Below, one piece after another: positions 52,317 to 61,971 of a stretch of 64,000 nucleotides of DNA. The position numbers were made by a program, and so were the translations under genes. Location of the stretch: positions 110,287 through 174,286 of the forward strand of contig CABSAD010000002.1 of NCBI GenBank assembly GCA_902475615.1, given 5' to 3'. The DNA is from an uncultured Collinsella sp. (GTDB taxonomy: Bacteria; Actinomycetota; Coriobacteriia; Coriobacteriales; Coriobacteriaceae). Numbering within the stretch: position 1 is the stretch's first letter; each line of letters opens with the position of its first letter. Below the pieces are notes generated by a model. The model was not told where the DNA came from. It saw nothing but the letters and a program-made list of their open reading frames with translations, and did no database searches.

Positions 52317-52757
52317 ATGTACACAATCGGACAGGTGGCGGAGATGTTCGGTCTGCCCGCCTCAACGCTGCGGTACTACGATAAGCAGGGATTGTTCCCG
52401 GGGCTGGAGCGGACGTCCGGCATTCGCCGATTCGGCGATACGGAACTCGAGGCGCTTCGGGTCATCGAATGCCTGAAGAAGGCTGGGATGGAGATCAAGG
52501 ACATCCGGCTGTTCATGGAATGGTGTGCGGAGGGCCCATCGACATATCCCAAGCGCAAGGCCATGTTCGAGGAGCGAAAGGCCCACATGGAGTCGGAAAT
52601 CGCAAACATGAACCGTGCGCTGGATATGCTGAGGTTCAAATGCTGGTACTACGAGCAGGCGATCCAAGATGGCAACGAGGATAGAGTGAAGGCGCTGATT
52701 CCCGACGATTTGCCAGAAGAAATCAAAGGCGCCTACGAGAACACGCACGTTCGATAA
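52317..52757 (+). CDS. MerR family transcriptional regulator
   Basis: N-terminal HTH MYTIGQVAEMFGLPASTLRYYDKQGLF and a coiled-coil dimerisation region. Confidence 0.9.
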   Translation: MYTIGQVAEMFGLPASTLRYYDKQGLFPGLERTSGIRRFGDTELEALRVIECLKKAGMEIKDIRLFMEWCAEGPSTYPKRKAMFEERKAHMESEIANMNRALDMLRFKCWYYEQAIQDGNEDRVKALIPDDLPEEIKGAYENTHVR

Positions 52758-53004
52758 CGCCGCCCGATGCTAAAGGAGCTTTGGCGAGGAGTCCTATTCG
52801 GGTAGAAATACAAAAGACAGCCTCCGAACCAAAAGGTCCGGAGGCTGTTATTTCCGCTATTCCCACTCGGCAATAGGAGCCACTGGCCAAAAGCCTGTCA
52901 ACATCAAAACAAGTCCTCAATCTATCGATTCTACGTGAGGCAATGGTCCCCATTTGATGCCCGCACTGTTTGCGCACTAGGGAGCAAAAGAATCTGGCCG
53001 CCGC

Positions 53005-54240
53005 TCAAATAAGATCACCGCCATCTTGCATAAACGACGCCATGTTAAGGTGCCTGACGCCATCCCTCTCCTGCAATAGAGGATCAAGCGTGAACAAGTA
53101 GCGCGGATACCCATCCCTGATGTGGCCGAACGGCCTGTACTCGCGCTCCTCGACGCCTCTGTCGGCAATCGACATAGAGACCTGGATGTAGGCGTAAGCA
53201 TTGCGCCTACGAGCGATGAAGTCACACTCGAGCTTCCCAATACGGCCCACAGAAAGCTCGTACCCGCGCGATGCAAGATAGAGGTAGAGCACGTTCTCCA
53301 ACGCCGGCCCGTAGTTAATCCTCGCATCCGTGTTCATGGCGAAATAGAAGCCGGGATCAGCCAGGTAGTACTTCTCTTCGCGGATAAGCGATCGCCGAGA
53401 CTTGAGATCGAACCTCGAGCAGCGATAAAGGATCTTCGCGTCAACAAGAATCTGGATATACCGATTGAGCGTTTCGCGCTTGATGGGAATCTTCTCGACA
53501 TCATTGAAGTACGCAAGGAGGTTCTTCAGGTTCGTCGGCGCACCAAAGTTGTTGATGAGATACGTCTGGACGGCATCGAAAACCGAGACATTCTTAATCT
53601 TGTTCGAATGTTTGACGTCCTTTTCAAAGATCTCATGAATAACACTCTTGATATAGGTGCGCTTTTCATCCTCGCCCTCATACTCCAACGCTTTGGGAAA
53701 TCCTCCAAGGGTCAGGTACTCGGTAAACTCTCCCACGAGAACGTCATTGACAGGCTTGCCGAGAAAACGCTTCATATCGATATATTCCGCAAAGTCGAGT
53801 GGGAACACCTCGAACTCGATATAGCGACCCGTCAGCTTTGTAACAAGCTGCCCAGAAAGCAGATATGAATTCGAACCGGTAATGAAAATGGACCAACCGC
53901 CATCTGTCCGGTAGCCGTTGATGAGCAGCTCGAATTCCTCTACGTTCTGAATCTCATCGATGAAGAGGTACTTCGTCTCCTCAGTGTCTGCTGGGGTCGA
54001 CATGTCAATCAGATTTTCGAGCTCATCGGTCGTCTTGACCTTCCTGTTCTCCCGTGAGTCGAGGTCGATATAGATGATGTGGTCGCTCGCTACACCGGAT
54101 TCCACAAGTTCGTCTGCGATTGATTGCATGAGGCAGGATTTACCACACCTGCGAACACCGGTGATTACCTTGATCATCCCGTCATCGTGGTAGAAACCAC
54201 GCATTCGCTTCAGATACTTTTCACGTCGGTATATACGCAA
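53005..54240 (-). CDS. ATP-binding protein (AAA_14 + DUF4143)
   Basis: Walker A GVRRCGKS and Walker B YLFIDEIQ with a DUF4143-type C-terminus. About 45% GC. Confidence 0.85.
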   Translation of the reverse strand: MRIYRREKYLKRMRGFYHDDGMIKVITGVRRCGKSCLMQSIADELVESGVASDHIIYIDLDSRENRKVKTTDELENLIDMSTPADTEETKYLFIDEIQNVEEFELLINGYRTDGGWSIFITGSNSYLLSGQLVTKLTGRYIEFEVFPLDFAEYIDMKRFLGKPVNDVLVGEFTEYLTLGGFPKALEYEGEDEKRTYIKSVIHEIFEKDVKHSNKIKNVSVFDAVQTYLINNFGAPTNLKNLLAYFNDVEKIPIKRETLNRYIQILVDAKILYRCSRFDLKSRRSLIREEKYYLADPGFYFAMNTDARINYGPALENVLYLYLASRGYELSVGRIGKLECDFIARRRNAYAYIQVSMSIADRGVEEREYRPFGHIRDGYPRYLFTLDPLLQERDGVRHLNMASFMQDGGDLI

Positions 54241-54357
54241 GATGCACCCCCTTTTCAGTGTCCATTATATCAGTTATGGGGGTACTTTTTTACATTTTAT
54301 AAAAAAGCGTACCGATAACTTATTCCCGCTTAGTTTCGAAAGTCAAATAACTTTGAA

Positions 54358-54588
54358 GTTTCGAAAGCGAGAAGGCAATATGCGCAAAGACGCGTCGGAG
54401 GGGTAAGCCCCAGCCATGTCGTGTCGGCAGCGACGAAGGGCGCGTCTGCGCGTGCTACAATGCGGACATCAGAGATGAAAACACAGTCCCCGTCGGGTAG
54501 TCGTGGGCGTGCGCTAGTCCGCATCAGTAACCTGCCTCCTTGGTTGTCCCTTCTCTGCATGGTCATCTACATAAAGGAGGAACCAACC
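54358..54588 (+). ncRNA. candidate yjdF-motif riboswitch / structured leader, copy 1
   Basis: Conserved leader of about 230 nt ending in aaaggagg-N8-GTG. A second copy is at 62802..63029. A predicted stem GCGGAC...GUCCGC here corresponds to GCGGGC...GCCCGC in copy 2, a compensatory double change. The downstream gene is YjdF/DUF2992 family. Confidence 0.5.
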
Positions 54589-55008
54589 GTGCAGATCAGC
54601 GTGTCGTCCACCCTGACCGTATATCACGACGGTCAATTCTGGGTCGGGCTGGCGGAGCACGTCGAGGGCGGAAGGTATGGCGTCACCCGCATCGTCTTCG
54701 GCGCGGAGCCATCCGATGAGGAGATTCTGCGATTCGTTACAAGCGAATGGGAGAAGCTCTCGTTCTTCGGCGACAAGGCCACTGAAACAAGCAAGCCCGC
54801 GAAGAACCCCAAGCGGCGCGCTCGCGAGGCAGCGAAAGCCCTTAAACGGCCCGCGGTGAGCACCAAGGCACAACAGGCTCTCGCGGCACAGCGGGAAGCA
54901 ATGAAGCGGGAGTCGGCTCAAGCAAGAAGTCAGCGTCGCGCGGATGAGGCGGAGACGCGCTTCGAGCAGCGAAAGTTGAAGCGCAAGCAGAAACATCGCG
55001 GGCATTGA
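54589..55008 (+). CDS. YjdF-family protein (DUF2992), GTG start
   Basis: VQISVSSTLTVYHDGQFWVGLAEH...NPKRRAREAAKA...STKAQQALAAQRE with a lysine/arginine-rich C-terminus, the pattern of B. subtilis YjdF-like proteins. Confidence 0.7.
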   Translation: MQISVSSTLTVYHDGQFWVGLAEHVEGGRYGVTRIVFGAEPSDEEILRFVTSEWEKLSFFGDKATETSKPAKNPKRRAREAAKALKRPAVSTKAQQALAAQREAMKRESAQARSQRRADEAETRFEQRKLKRKQKHRGH

Positions 55009-55216
55009 TCGCCATTTGCAGCAAGGCAAACCATATACAGCAGCGGCGCCAGTTCCACTTGAAGCCGACGCAGCGTAGACGCTGATGGTGACGGCTATGC
55101 ACGGGCACGGGCGCGCCACCGCACTTCACAGCTTGTTTCTCAAGTATTTGGGACGCACACGCGGCGTTCAAAAATGTAAAGCGGTTCCGCATGGCTCGAG
55201 ACTGAGCCGAGGTGCC

Positions 55217-55666
55217 CTACTTCTCGCCCTCCAGCAGCCCCACGATGCGGTCGATGTCGACGGCAAAGCGGGGCCTTCCCTCGCGCTCGTAGCGGTCGAG
55301 GTACGCCTGGCACTCGGAGACAATGCGCTTGGTGTTGCCATCGATGATGCGCTGGAGCGTCTCGTAGTAGGCCGAGCCCTCGGTCCTGAAGCGGCGCTGG
55401 TAGGCCTTGGTTATGGGGAACATCTTGATGTAGTGGATGCCGTGGCGGCAGCCGGGGCGCGTCGTGGGGCGGGGTGGCAACGCAAAGTACTGGTCTTTGG
55501 GCACGTTAGGGGCGATGTTGGAACGCAGCGGCACGGCGAAGTCCCTGCGCTTCCCGCGGAAACGCAGCCTCACCACCACGATGCAAGGACGATTGTGCTT
55601 AAGCATGAGCTCGCGGTCGCCCTCGACGAGGTCGAAGAAGTCCTGGGAGATGGATACGATCTTCAT
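55217..55666 (-). CDS. ToxN/AbiQ-family type III toxin-like endoribonuclease
   Basis: MKIVSISQDFFDLVEGD...HNRPCIVVVRLRF...DFAVPLRS...IHYIKMFPI parallels ToxN/AbiQ blocks (MKFYT..KYI.YL, KPY.GIVLEI..KYFAPLSS, NNMIPV). About 62% GC. Confidence 0.55.
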   Translation of the reverse strand: MKIVSISQDFFDLVEGDRELMLKHNRPCIVVVRLRFRGKRRDFAVPLRSNIAPNVPKDQYFALPPRPTTRPGCRHGIHYIKMFPITKAYQRRFRTEGSAYYETLQRIIDGNTKRIVSECQAYLDRYEREGRPRFAVDIDRIVGLLEGEK

Positions 55667-56123
55667 CGGTTACGCCCCCCTTCATACGAAGCGGGGCCCG
55701 CATCGCTGCAGGCCCCTACAGGTGGGCGATATTCTACGCCTTGCGGCACCCCGTCGCCCACGGAGGTTAAACGTACACGTAAGCCGTACTCTGAAAGCCG
55801 CGGCTTCCGGCAAGTAGTTTATACCACGAAAGGTCGCTTTCGATGCGCCTAGCTCGCAAAATAACACTCGATGGGCCGTCACCCCTGATCTTCTCGACCG
55901 TCTCCTCCGGGTACTTATCGCGTGCCACGGGCACCTCCGTCCTTGTTATCGCGATAAACATACCATGAGTGGCGTACGGGTCGAGAAGGGCTGGCGCCAA
56001 AAGAGCCCAACGGCCGTTACGGCTTCGTTAGAAACGCGCCCCACCATGGATGATGAACCCGAAAGGTAAGGCGCGCGGGCACGGCGACTCGGCCCGCGCG
56101 CCCGGAAGAGAAAGGACGAACCC

Positions 56124-56848
<725 letters not shown>

Positions 56849-56852
<4 letters not shown>

Positions 56853-57619
56853 CGGGCGAGAAAGGCGGCCTGCTCGCGTGCCTGCGCGCCGAGGCCCTGA
56901 AGTCGCGCCACGCGGCACCGGTTCGCCTGGCCGTGCTCATGGCGCTGCCGATGCCGCTGCTCGGCGCGATGCCCTACCGGGGCGTGCAGATCTTCAGCGC
57001 GTGGAACTACTGGTACGCGCTCTTCCTGCCCGTGTCTCTCTCGCTCGTGGTGGCGTGCGTCGCGCGGGCGGACGCGCGCACGCGGATGCGGGGACTTCTG
57101 GGCCTGGGCTTCCCGCTTAGGCGCGCCTGGTGGGCCAAGGCGCTCTGGTGCCTCGCGCTCTGCGCGCTCTCGAACCTCGTGGTCTTCGGCATCTACCTCG
57201 CGGGCTCGGCGTTCTCCTCGCAGGGCCTCACGGTCGCGGGCACGCTCACGATGCTCCTCTGCGCGCTCGTCAACACGGTGACCGCGGCGTGGATGATCCC
57301 CGCAGGGCTCTTCCTCACGGCGCGGCTCGGCATGCTCGCGGGCATCTTCTGCCCGCTCGCCGCGCAGCTCGTGGGTGGTTTCGCCTGGTCGCTGGTGCCG
57401 CTGCCGCAGCTCTTTCCGCCGTCGGCGAGCATGGTCATCCCCACGAGCTTCATCCCCGTGCTGCCGAGCGGCGAGCCACTCGCGGCGGACATGGCGCTCG
57501 GCGGGGCGCTCGCGGCGGACGGCATGCTCACACTGGCGGGCCTTGCGGTCTGCGCGCTCGCGTTCGCCGCGCTCACGGCGGCGGGCGCGGCCTGGTTCGC
57601 GCGCTCCGAGGAGAGGTGA
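56849..57619 (+). CDS. lantibiotic immunity ABC transporter permease (LanE-like)
   Basis: 256 aa with 6 TM helices, translationally coupled to lanF. Confidence 0.7.
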
Positions 57620-58434
57620 TGGCCATGACACGACTCTCCGACGCGACGCCGCGCATGACTCTCCCGCGGGCCCTGCTCTCCGAGGCCCTGCGCCTGGCGC
57701 GCTCCCCGCTCGCAGCTGTGCACCTCGTCTGCGGCCTGGCAGCCGGTCTTGCCTGCGGCGAGTACTTCTCCATAACCCGATGGGACCCGGCGCTGGGCGC
57801 GGACGCCTACGCCCAGTTCCTCGGCGCCCTCATGCCGCTCATGTCCGCCATCGTCTGCGGGCTCGCCGTGGACGAGGAGCGCGCTGCCGGGCGCCTCGCC
57901 AACCTCACGGCGGTCCCCTCGCGCGGGCGCGCCGTCGCGGCGAAGCTGCTCGCCCTTGCGGCGCTCGGCGCGGGCGCGCTGGCCGTGGCGCTCGGCGTGT
58001 TCGGGGCCGTGCTCGCCGTCGCCGGGCGCCTGCCGCTCGGACCCGCTCCGCTTGCGGCCGCCTGGGCGGGCATCGTGCTGGGCAGCCTGCCCCTCTACGC
58101 GCTGGGGCTCGGCGTGGCCCTGCGCCTCGGCCGCAACGCCGCCATCGGCGCCGGCGCGGCGGGGATGCTCCTCGCGTTCTTCTCAGTGGGCGGACTTGCG
58201 CACGGCCTCATGACCGGCGAGCTCACCGGTGCCCTGGCGACGCCCCTGAGCTGGGTGCCGTTCGCCTGGCCCGCGCGCCTAGGGTCGCTCGGGGTGGAGG
58301 CCTTCATCGACGCCGCACGCGCGGCGGGCCCTCTCCTCACGACTGCGCTCGCTGGCCTCGTGCTCGCCCTAGCAGCCGCCGCCGTCCTTCTGGCCTGGTT
58401 CTGCCGCTTCGAGGACGGGAGGGCAGATGAGTAG
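57619..58434 (+). CDS. lantibiotic immunity ABC transporter permease (LanG-like)
   Basis: About 272 aa with 6 TM helices. The ATGA overlap with the previous gene places the start inside the longer ORF 57130..58434. Confidence 0.65.
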   Translation: MAMTRLSDATPRMTLPRALLSEALRLARSPLAAVHLVCGLAAGLACGEYFSITRWDPALGADAYAQFLGALMPLMSAIVCGLAVDEERAAGRLANLTAVPSRGRAVAAKLLALAALGAGALAVALGVFGAVLAVAGRLPLGPAPLAAAWAGIVLGSLPLYALGLGVALRLGRNAAIGAGAAGMLLAFFSVGGLAHGLMTGELTGALATPLSWVPFAWPARLGSLGVEAFIDAARAAGPLLTTALAGLVLALAAAAVLLAWFCRFEDGRADE

Positions 58435-58828
58435 GAAGCCGCTCGCCGCCGTGCTCGCCCTCCTCTCCGCAGCGCTCGTCCTGGGCGGGAATGCCCTGCT
58501 CGACGCCGGCTGGGGGTCGGCACTGCGCTCGATCGCCGACCGCGTGCTGCCCAACCCTGAGATCGCCATGTGGGCGCCCGCGCCCGAGCCCGGCAGCCAC
58601 GCGAGCTCCTACGCCGACGCCACCGGGGCGGGGGCAAACTACGTCTACCTGGTGGACGCGGCGGACGATAGGGGCAATGTCCGAGAGCTCCAGCTCATCT
58701 TCTTCGGGCGGGAGTCGGACGGCGAGGGCTGGCTCGAAATCGAGGCGCGCGGCGGCTCGGGCGTGCGCTACCGCGCGTGCGATGCGGCCGAGGCGCCCGC
58801 GGCTGCGCGCGGGGCTCTGGACCGCTGA
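58427..58828 (+). CDS. hypothetical secreted protein (signal peptide) in the LanFEG island
   Basis: 133 aa with an N-terminal signal-like hydrophobic segment and no lipobox. Confidence 0.4.
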   Translation: MSRKPLAAVLALLSAALVLGGNALLDAGWGSALRSIADRVLPNPEIAMWAPAPEPGSHASSYADATGAGANYVYLVDAADDRGNVRELQLIFFGRESDGEGWLEIEARGGSGVRYRACDAAEAPAAARGALDR

Positions 58829-58873
58829 GCGCGGCGCTAGTACAATGCCGACGGGAGTTTCAGGAGGTCGAAC

Positions 58874-59536
58874 ATGGCGAGGATACTGGCAGTGGATGAT
58901 GAACGGGCGATCCTCGACGCACTCGCGCGCGTCCTCGGCCGCGACGGCCATGAGGTCGTCAAGGCGGCGGACCCGACGGCGGTCCCGGGGATGGACCTCT
59001 CGCGCTTCGACCTCGTGCTCTGCGACGTCATGATGCCGGGGCTCGACGGCTTCGAGCTCGTGCGGCAGATCCGCCCGGACTTCGACGGGCCCATCGTCTT
59101 CCTTACCGCGCGCGTGGCCGAGGAGGACGCCGTGGCTGCCTACGGCCTGGGCGCCGACGACTACGTTCGCAAGCCCTTCGGGGCCGCGGAACTGCGCGCC
59201 AAGGTCGCGGCCCATCTACGCCGTGAGCGCCGGCCGCGCTCGCACGCCCTCTCCTTCGGGGAGGTGCGGATCGACCTCGGGGCGCGTGACCTCGCCGTGG
59301 GCGGCGAGGCCGTGCCGCTCACGCCCACCGAGTACGCCATCTGCGAGTACCTCGCTCGTCACCCCGGGCAGGTCATGAGCCGTACGCAGATACGCGAGGC
59401 GGTGCTCGGCTGGGAGAGCGACGCCGACGACGCGGCCATATCCATGCAGGTCAGCCGCGCCCGGAGGAAACTCTCCGAGGCCGGCGCCGATCCGATCGCG
59501 ACCGTCTGGGGAATGGGGTACAAGTGGCAGCTCTGA
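58874..59536 (+). CDS. OmpR-family response regulator (LanR-like)
   Basis: REC (RILAVDDERAI...DLVLCDVMMPGLDG) and a winged-helix domain. Confidence 0.9.
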   Translation: MARILAVDDERAILDALARVLGRDGHEVVKAADPTAVPGMDLSRFDLVLCDVMMPGLDGFELVRQIRPDFDGPIVFLTARVAEEDAVAAYGLGADDYVRKPFGAAELRAKVAAHLRRERRPRSHALSFGEVRIDLGARDLAVGGEAVPLTPTEYAICEYLARHPGQVMSRTQIREAVLGWESDADDAAISMQVSRARRKLSEAGADPIATVWGMGYKWQL

Positions 59537-59562
59537 GGATCGGGGCGCGAGGTCGCGGGGGC

Positions 59563-60960
59563 ATGCCGCTCTCCTTCGTCATCGCGCGCTACTTCGCCTA
59601 CGCGTTCGCGGCAGTCGCCACGGCGTGGCTCGCCTCGTTCATGGTGCTCTCCGTGGCGATCAACGCGGGCTTCGTCTACGAGGCAAGCTGGGGGCCGGCC
59701 AATGTGCGCGAGGTCGCGGAGGGCCTGGCACGCGACGGCGTCTGCGGGCAGCAGGACGTGCCGACGGCGTACCGCTACCTCATCCTGAACAAGGACGGAT
59801 ACGTGCTGATGACAGACCTCGAGGGCACGAGGCTCGAGGACGCGACGGAAATGGCCCGTGCGGCACTCGCCGCGGATCCGGGCACAGTGGAGATCGAGGG
59901 CGGGGGCTCGGGCCTCACCTACGCCGCGTTCCCGCTCAAGGGCGGCGGGGCCTGCGCACTCGTCAGCGAGTACCTGCCGCAGTGGGTCTCGCGCGATCTC
60001 GCCGGCCTGCTTCCCAACCCACAGAACCTCATGCTCGTCGGCGCCGCTGCGGGAAGCGCGCTCGCGCTCGCGCTCGTGGCGCGCCGTGCGAGCCGCGTGA
60101 TCTCGCGCAAGATGGCGCCGCTCGCGGAGGCAGCGAGGCGCGTCGGCGCGGGGGATCTCGACTTCGCGGTCGGCAGCACCAACGTGCGCGAGGTGAACGA
60201 CGTCCTCGCCGCGATGGACGCCATGCGGACCTCCCTCGCCGAGTCGCTCGAGGCCCGCTGGGCCGCGGAGCGGGGGCAGCGCGAGCAGGTGGCGTCGCTC
60301 GCCCACGACCTCAAGACGCCGCTCACCGTGCTGCGCGCCAACGCCGACTTCGTGGCGGAGGAGCTGGAAGACGAGAAAGACGCCGACCTCGCGGCCGCCG
60401 CGCGCGACATAGCCGGCGGTGTCGAAAGGCTCGACGGCTACGTGCGCCTGCTCATCGAGGCCTCGCGCGGGTCCGGCGGGGCGGAGAGGGCCCCCATGCG
60501 GCCGGCCGAGCTCTGCGAACAGGTCCTCGCCGAGGCTGCCCAGATCGCCCGGGCGCGAGGCGTGACGCTCGACGCGGCCACGGGCCCCGCTGTCGCGGGC
60601 GCGCCCGAGGCCCCACTCGACCGAACCAGCCTGGCGCGAGCCGTCGCGAACCTCGTGGCCAACGCCGCCGAGCACGCACGCTCGCGCGTGGCTGTCTCCT
60701 GCGACGTCGCGGGCGGGCGCCTCGTCATCGAGGTTGCCGACGACGGACCGGGCTTCTCTCCCGCCGCCCTCGAGCGCGGCTGCGAGCGCCTCTTCACAGA
60801 CGACTCCTCCCGCTCCTCGCGCGACGGAGGCCGCCATTACGGGCTCGGCCTCCATGCCGCCTCCGAGGCCGCGAGCGCCCACGGGGGCTCCGTCTCGCTC
60901 GCCAACGGCCCCTCGGGCGGCGCGGTGGCCACTATCGCGGTCCCCCTGTGCGGGATCTGA
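59563..60960 (+). CDS. sensor histidine kinase (LanK-like)
   Basis: Two TM helices, HisKA (SLAHDLKTPLTVL) and HATPase_c (GLGLHAASEAASAHGG). The ORF opens at 59524. Confidence 0.85.
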   Translation: MPLSFVIARYFAYAFAAVATAWLASFMVLSVAINAGFVYEASWGPANVREVAEGLARDGVCGQQDVPTAYRYLILNKDGYVLMTDLEGTRLEDATEMARAALAADPGTVEIEGGGSGLTYAAFPLKGGGACALVSEYLPQWVSRDLAGLLPNPQNLMLVGAAAGSALALALVARRASRVISRKMAPLAEAARRVGAGDLDFAVGSTNVREVNDVLAAMDAMRTSLAESLEARWAAERGQREQVASLAHDLKTPLTVLRANADFVAEELEDEKDADLAAAARDIAGGVERLDGYVRLLIEASRGSGGAERAPMRPAELCEQVLAEAAQIARARGVTLDAATGPAVAGAPEAPLDRTSLARAVANLVANAAEHARSRVAVSCDVAGGRLVIEVADDGPGFSPAALERGCERLFTDDSSRSSRDGGRHYGLGLHAASEAASAHGGSVSLANGPSGGAVATIAVPLCGI

Positions 60961-61039
60961 CGACTCAGACCCTCACACCGGCGTGCCTCGTAATCAAACG
61001 CTTCCCGGATAATAATGCCCGTTGCGGGGATCGCACTGG

Positions 61040-61264
61040 CTAGTCGCCGCCCATGTGCATGAGCATGTCGGCGATGCGAGTCGCCATCTCGTCCGCCGCT
61101 GCACGGATGTTGGCGACCCAGGACGCAAGGCCGGCCTGATCGGATGCCTCCGCTTCAAGCACGTCGCGGTTCGCGGTCACCGTCATGAGCGGGGTGACGA
61201 AGCCGTGCGAGGCGGTGCAAACGAACGCGCGCTCCCGCTCCTCGACCTCCGCCGCCGGTCGCAT
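61040..61264 (-). pseudogene. possible histidine kinase remnant (HisKA-like fragment)
   Basis: ASHGFVTPLMTV resembles a HisKA H-box. It is short, with no ATPase domain, and lies at the edge of the high-GC island. Confidence 0.25.
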
Positions 61265-61335
61265 GGCGCGTCCCGTTGCCGACCACGCCACGGTGAGCCC
61301 CCAAAACGCCGAAGCGATCGGCGTCACTCGCTTCG

Positions 61336-61971
61336 CTAAATCAACTTTATGGGATGACGGATCACGGTCTTGAGCTTCTCCGGCGCGCACTTGCGCGGGT
61401 CGGAGAGGTAAATCTCGTGATGCAGACGGGCTTCGGAGAAGTCGGGGGCGTAGCCCCGTTCCGCCGCGGATGTGCGCATGGCGTCTATGGTCGCCGGCTC
61501 GTCGTCGTAAGGCCCGGTATGCATGCACTGAACGCAAAGGCCCTCGTCGACCCTCAGCAGCTCGACCGCCGAGAAGTCCAGCTTCTTCTTGGCGGCAGCT
61601 TCCGAAACTGCCCAGTCGAAGTCCTCGCGAGTGACGAAATCGGGCAGACGGATGCACGAGATGAAGTTGAAGTCATCCTTCCGCGCATAATCAATCTCGC
61701 CATCGGTGCGGTCTTGCCACCAGAAGCCCTCGAGCGGAGGCACGACGAAGTCGAAATAGCCTTCGATCTCTCGCTGGCCCTTCTTCGACATCTTGATGGT
61801 ATAAGCGACGCCATAGAGCAGCGGCAACGCGTTCTGGTACTCGCCGCCTTCGGCATTGGGATTGCCCTTGCCCCGCACGGCGACGTAGCTCATAGGCGGA
61901 ACGGTTACGACGCTCGGCTTGCCGGACGGCCTGTAGAGCTCCCTGAACTCCTTCTTGAAATCGTATGCCAT
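61336..61971 (-). CDS. GyrI-like small-molecule-binding domain protein
   Basis: 211 aa with the AraC-effector-binding/GyrI-like fold pattern (MAYDFKKEFRELYRP..., GPYDDEP). Confidence 0.65.
   Translation of the reverse strand: MAYDFKKEFRELYRPSGKPSVVTVPPMSYVAVRGKGNPNAEGGEYQNALPLLYGVAYTIKMSKKGQREIEGYFDFVVPPLEGFWWQDRTDGEIDYARKDDFNFISCIRLPDFVTREDFDWAVSEAAAKKKLDFSAVELLRVDEGLCVQCMHTGPYDDEPATIDAMRTSAAERGYAPDFSEARLHHEIYLSDPRKCAPEKLKTVIRHPIKLI

Noticed and set aside
55667-56123. ToxI-like tandem repeat array upstream of the ToxN-like gene
   Set aside because: I looked on the minus strand for repeats of 30-50-nt periodicity. Three weakly similar gtRKtatWWW segments sit at irregular spacing (41 and 89 nt), which is not convincing. 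No array is called, and the absence is reported as a finding.
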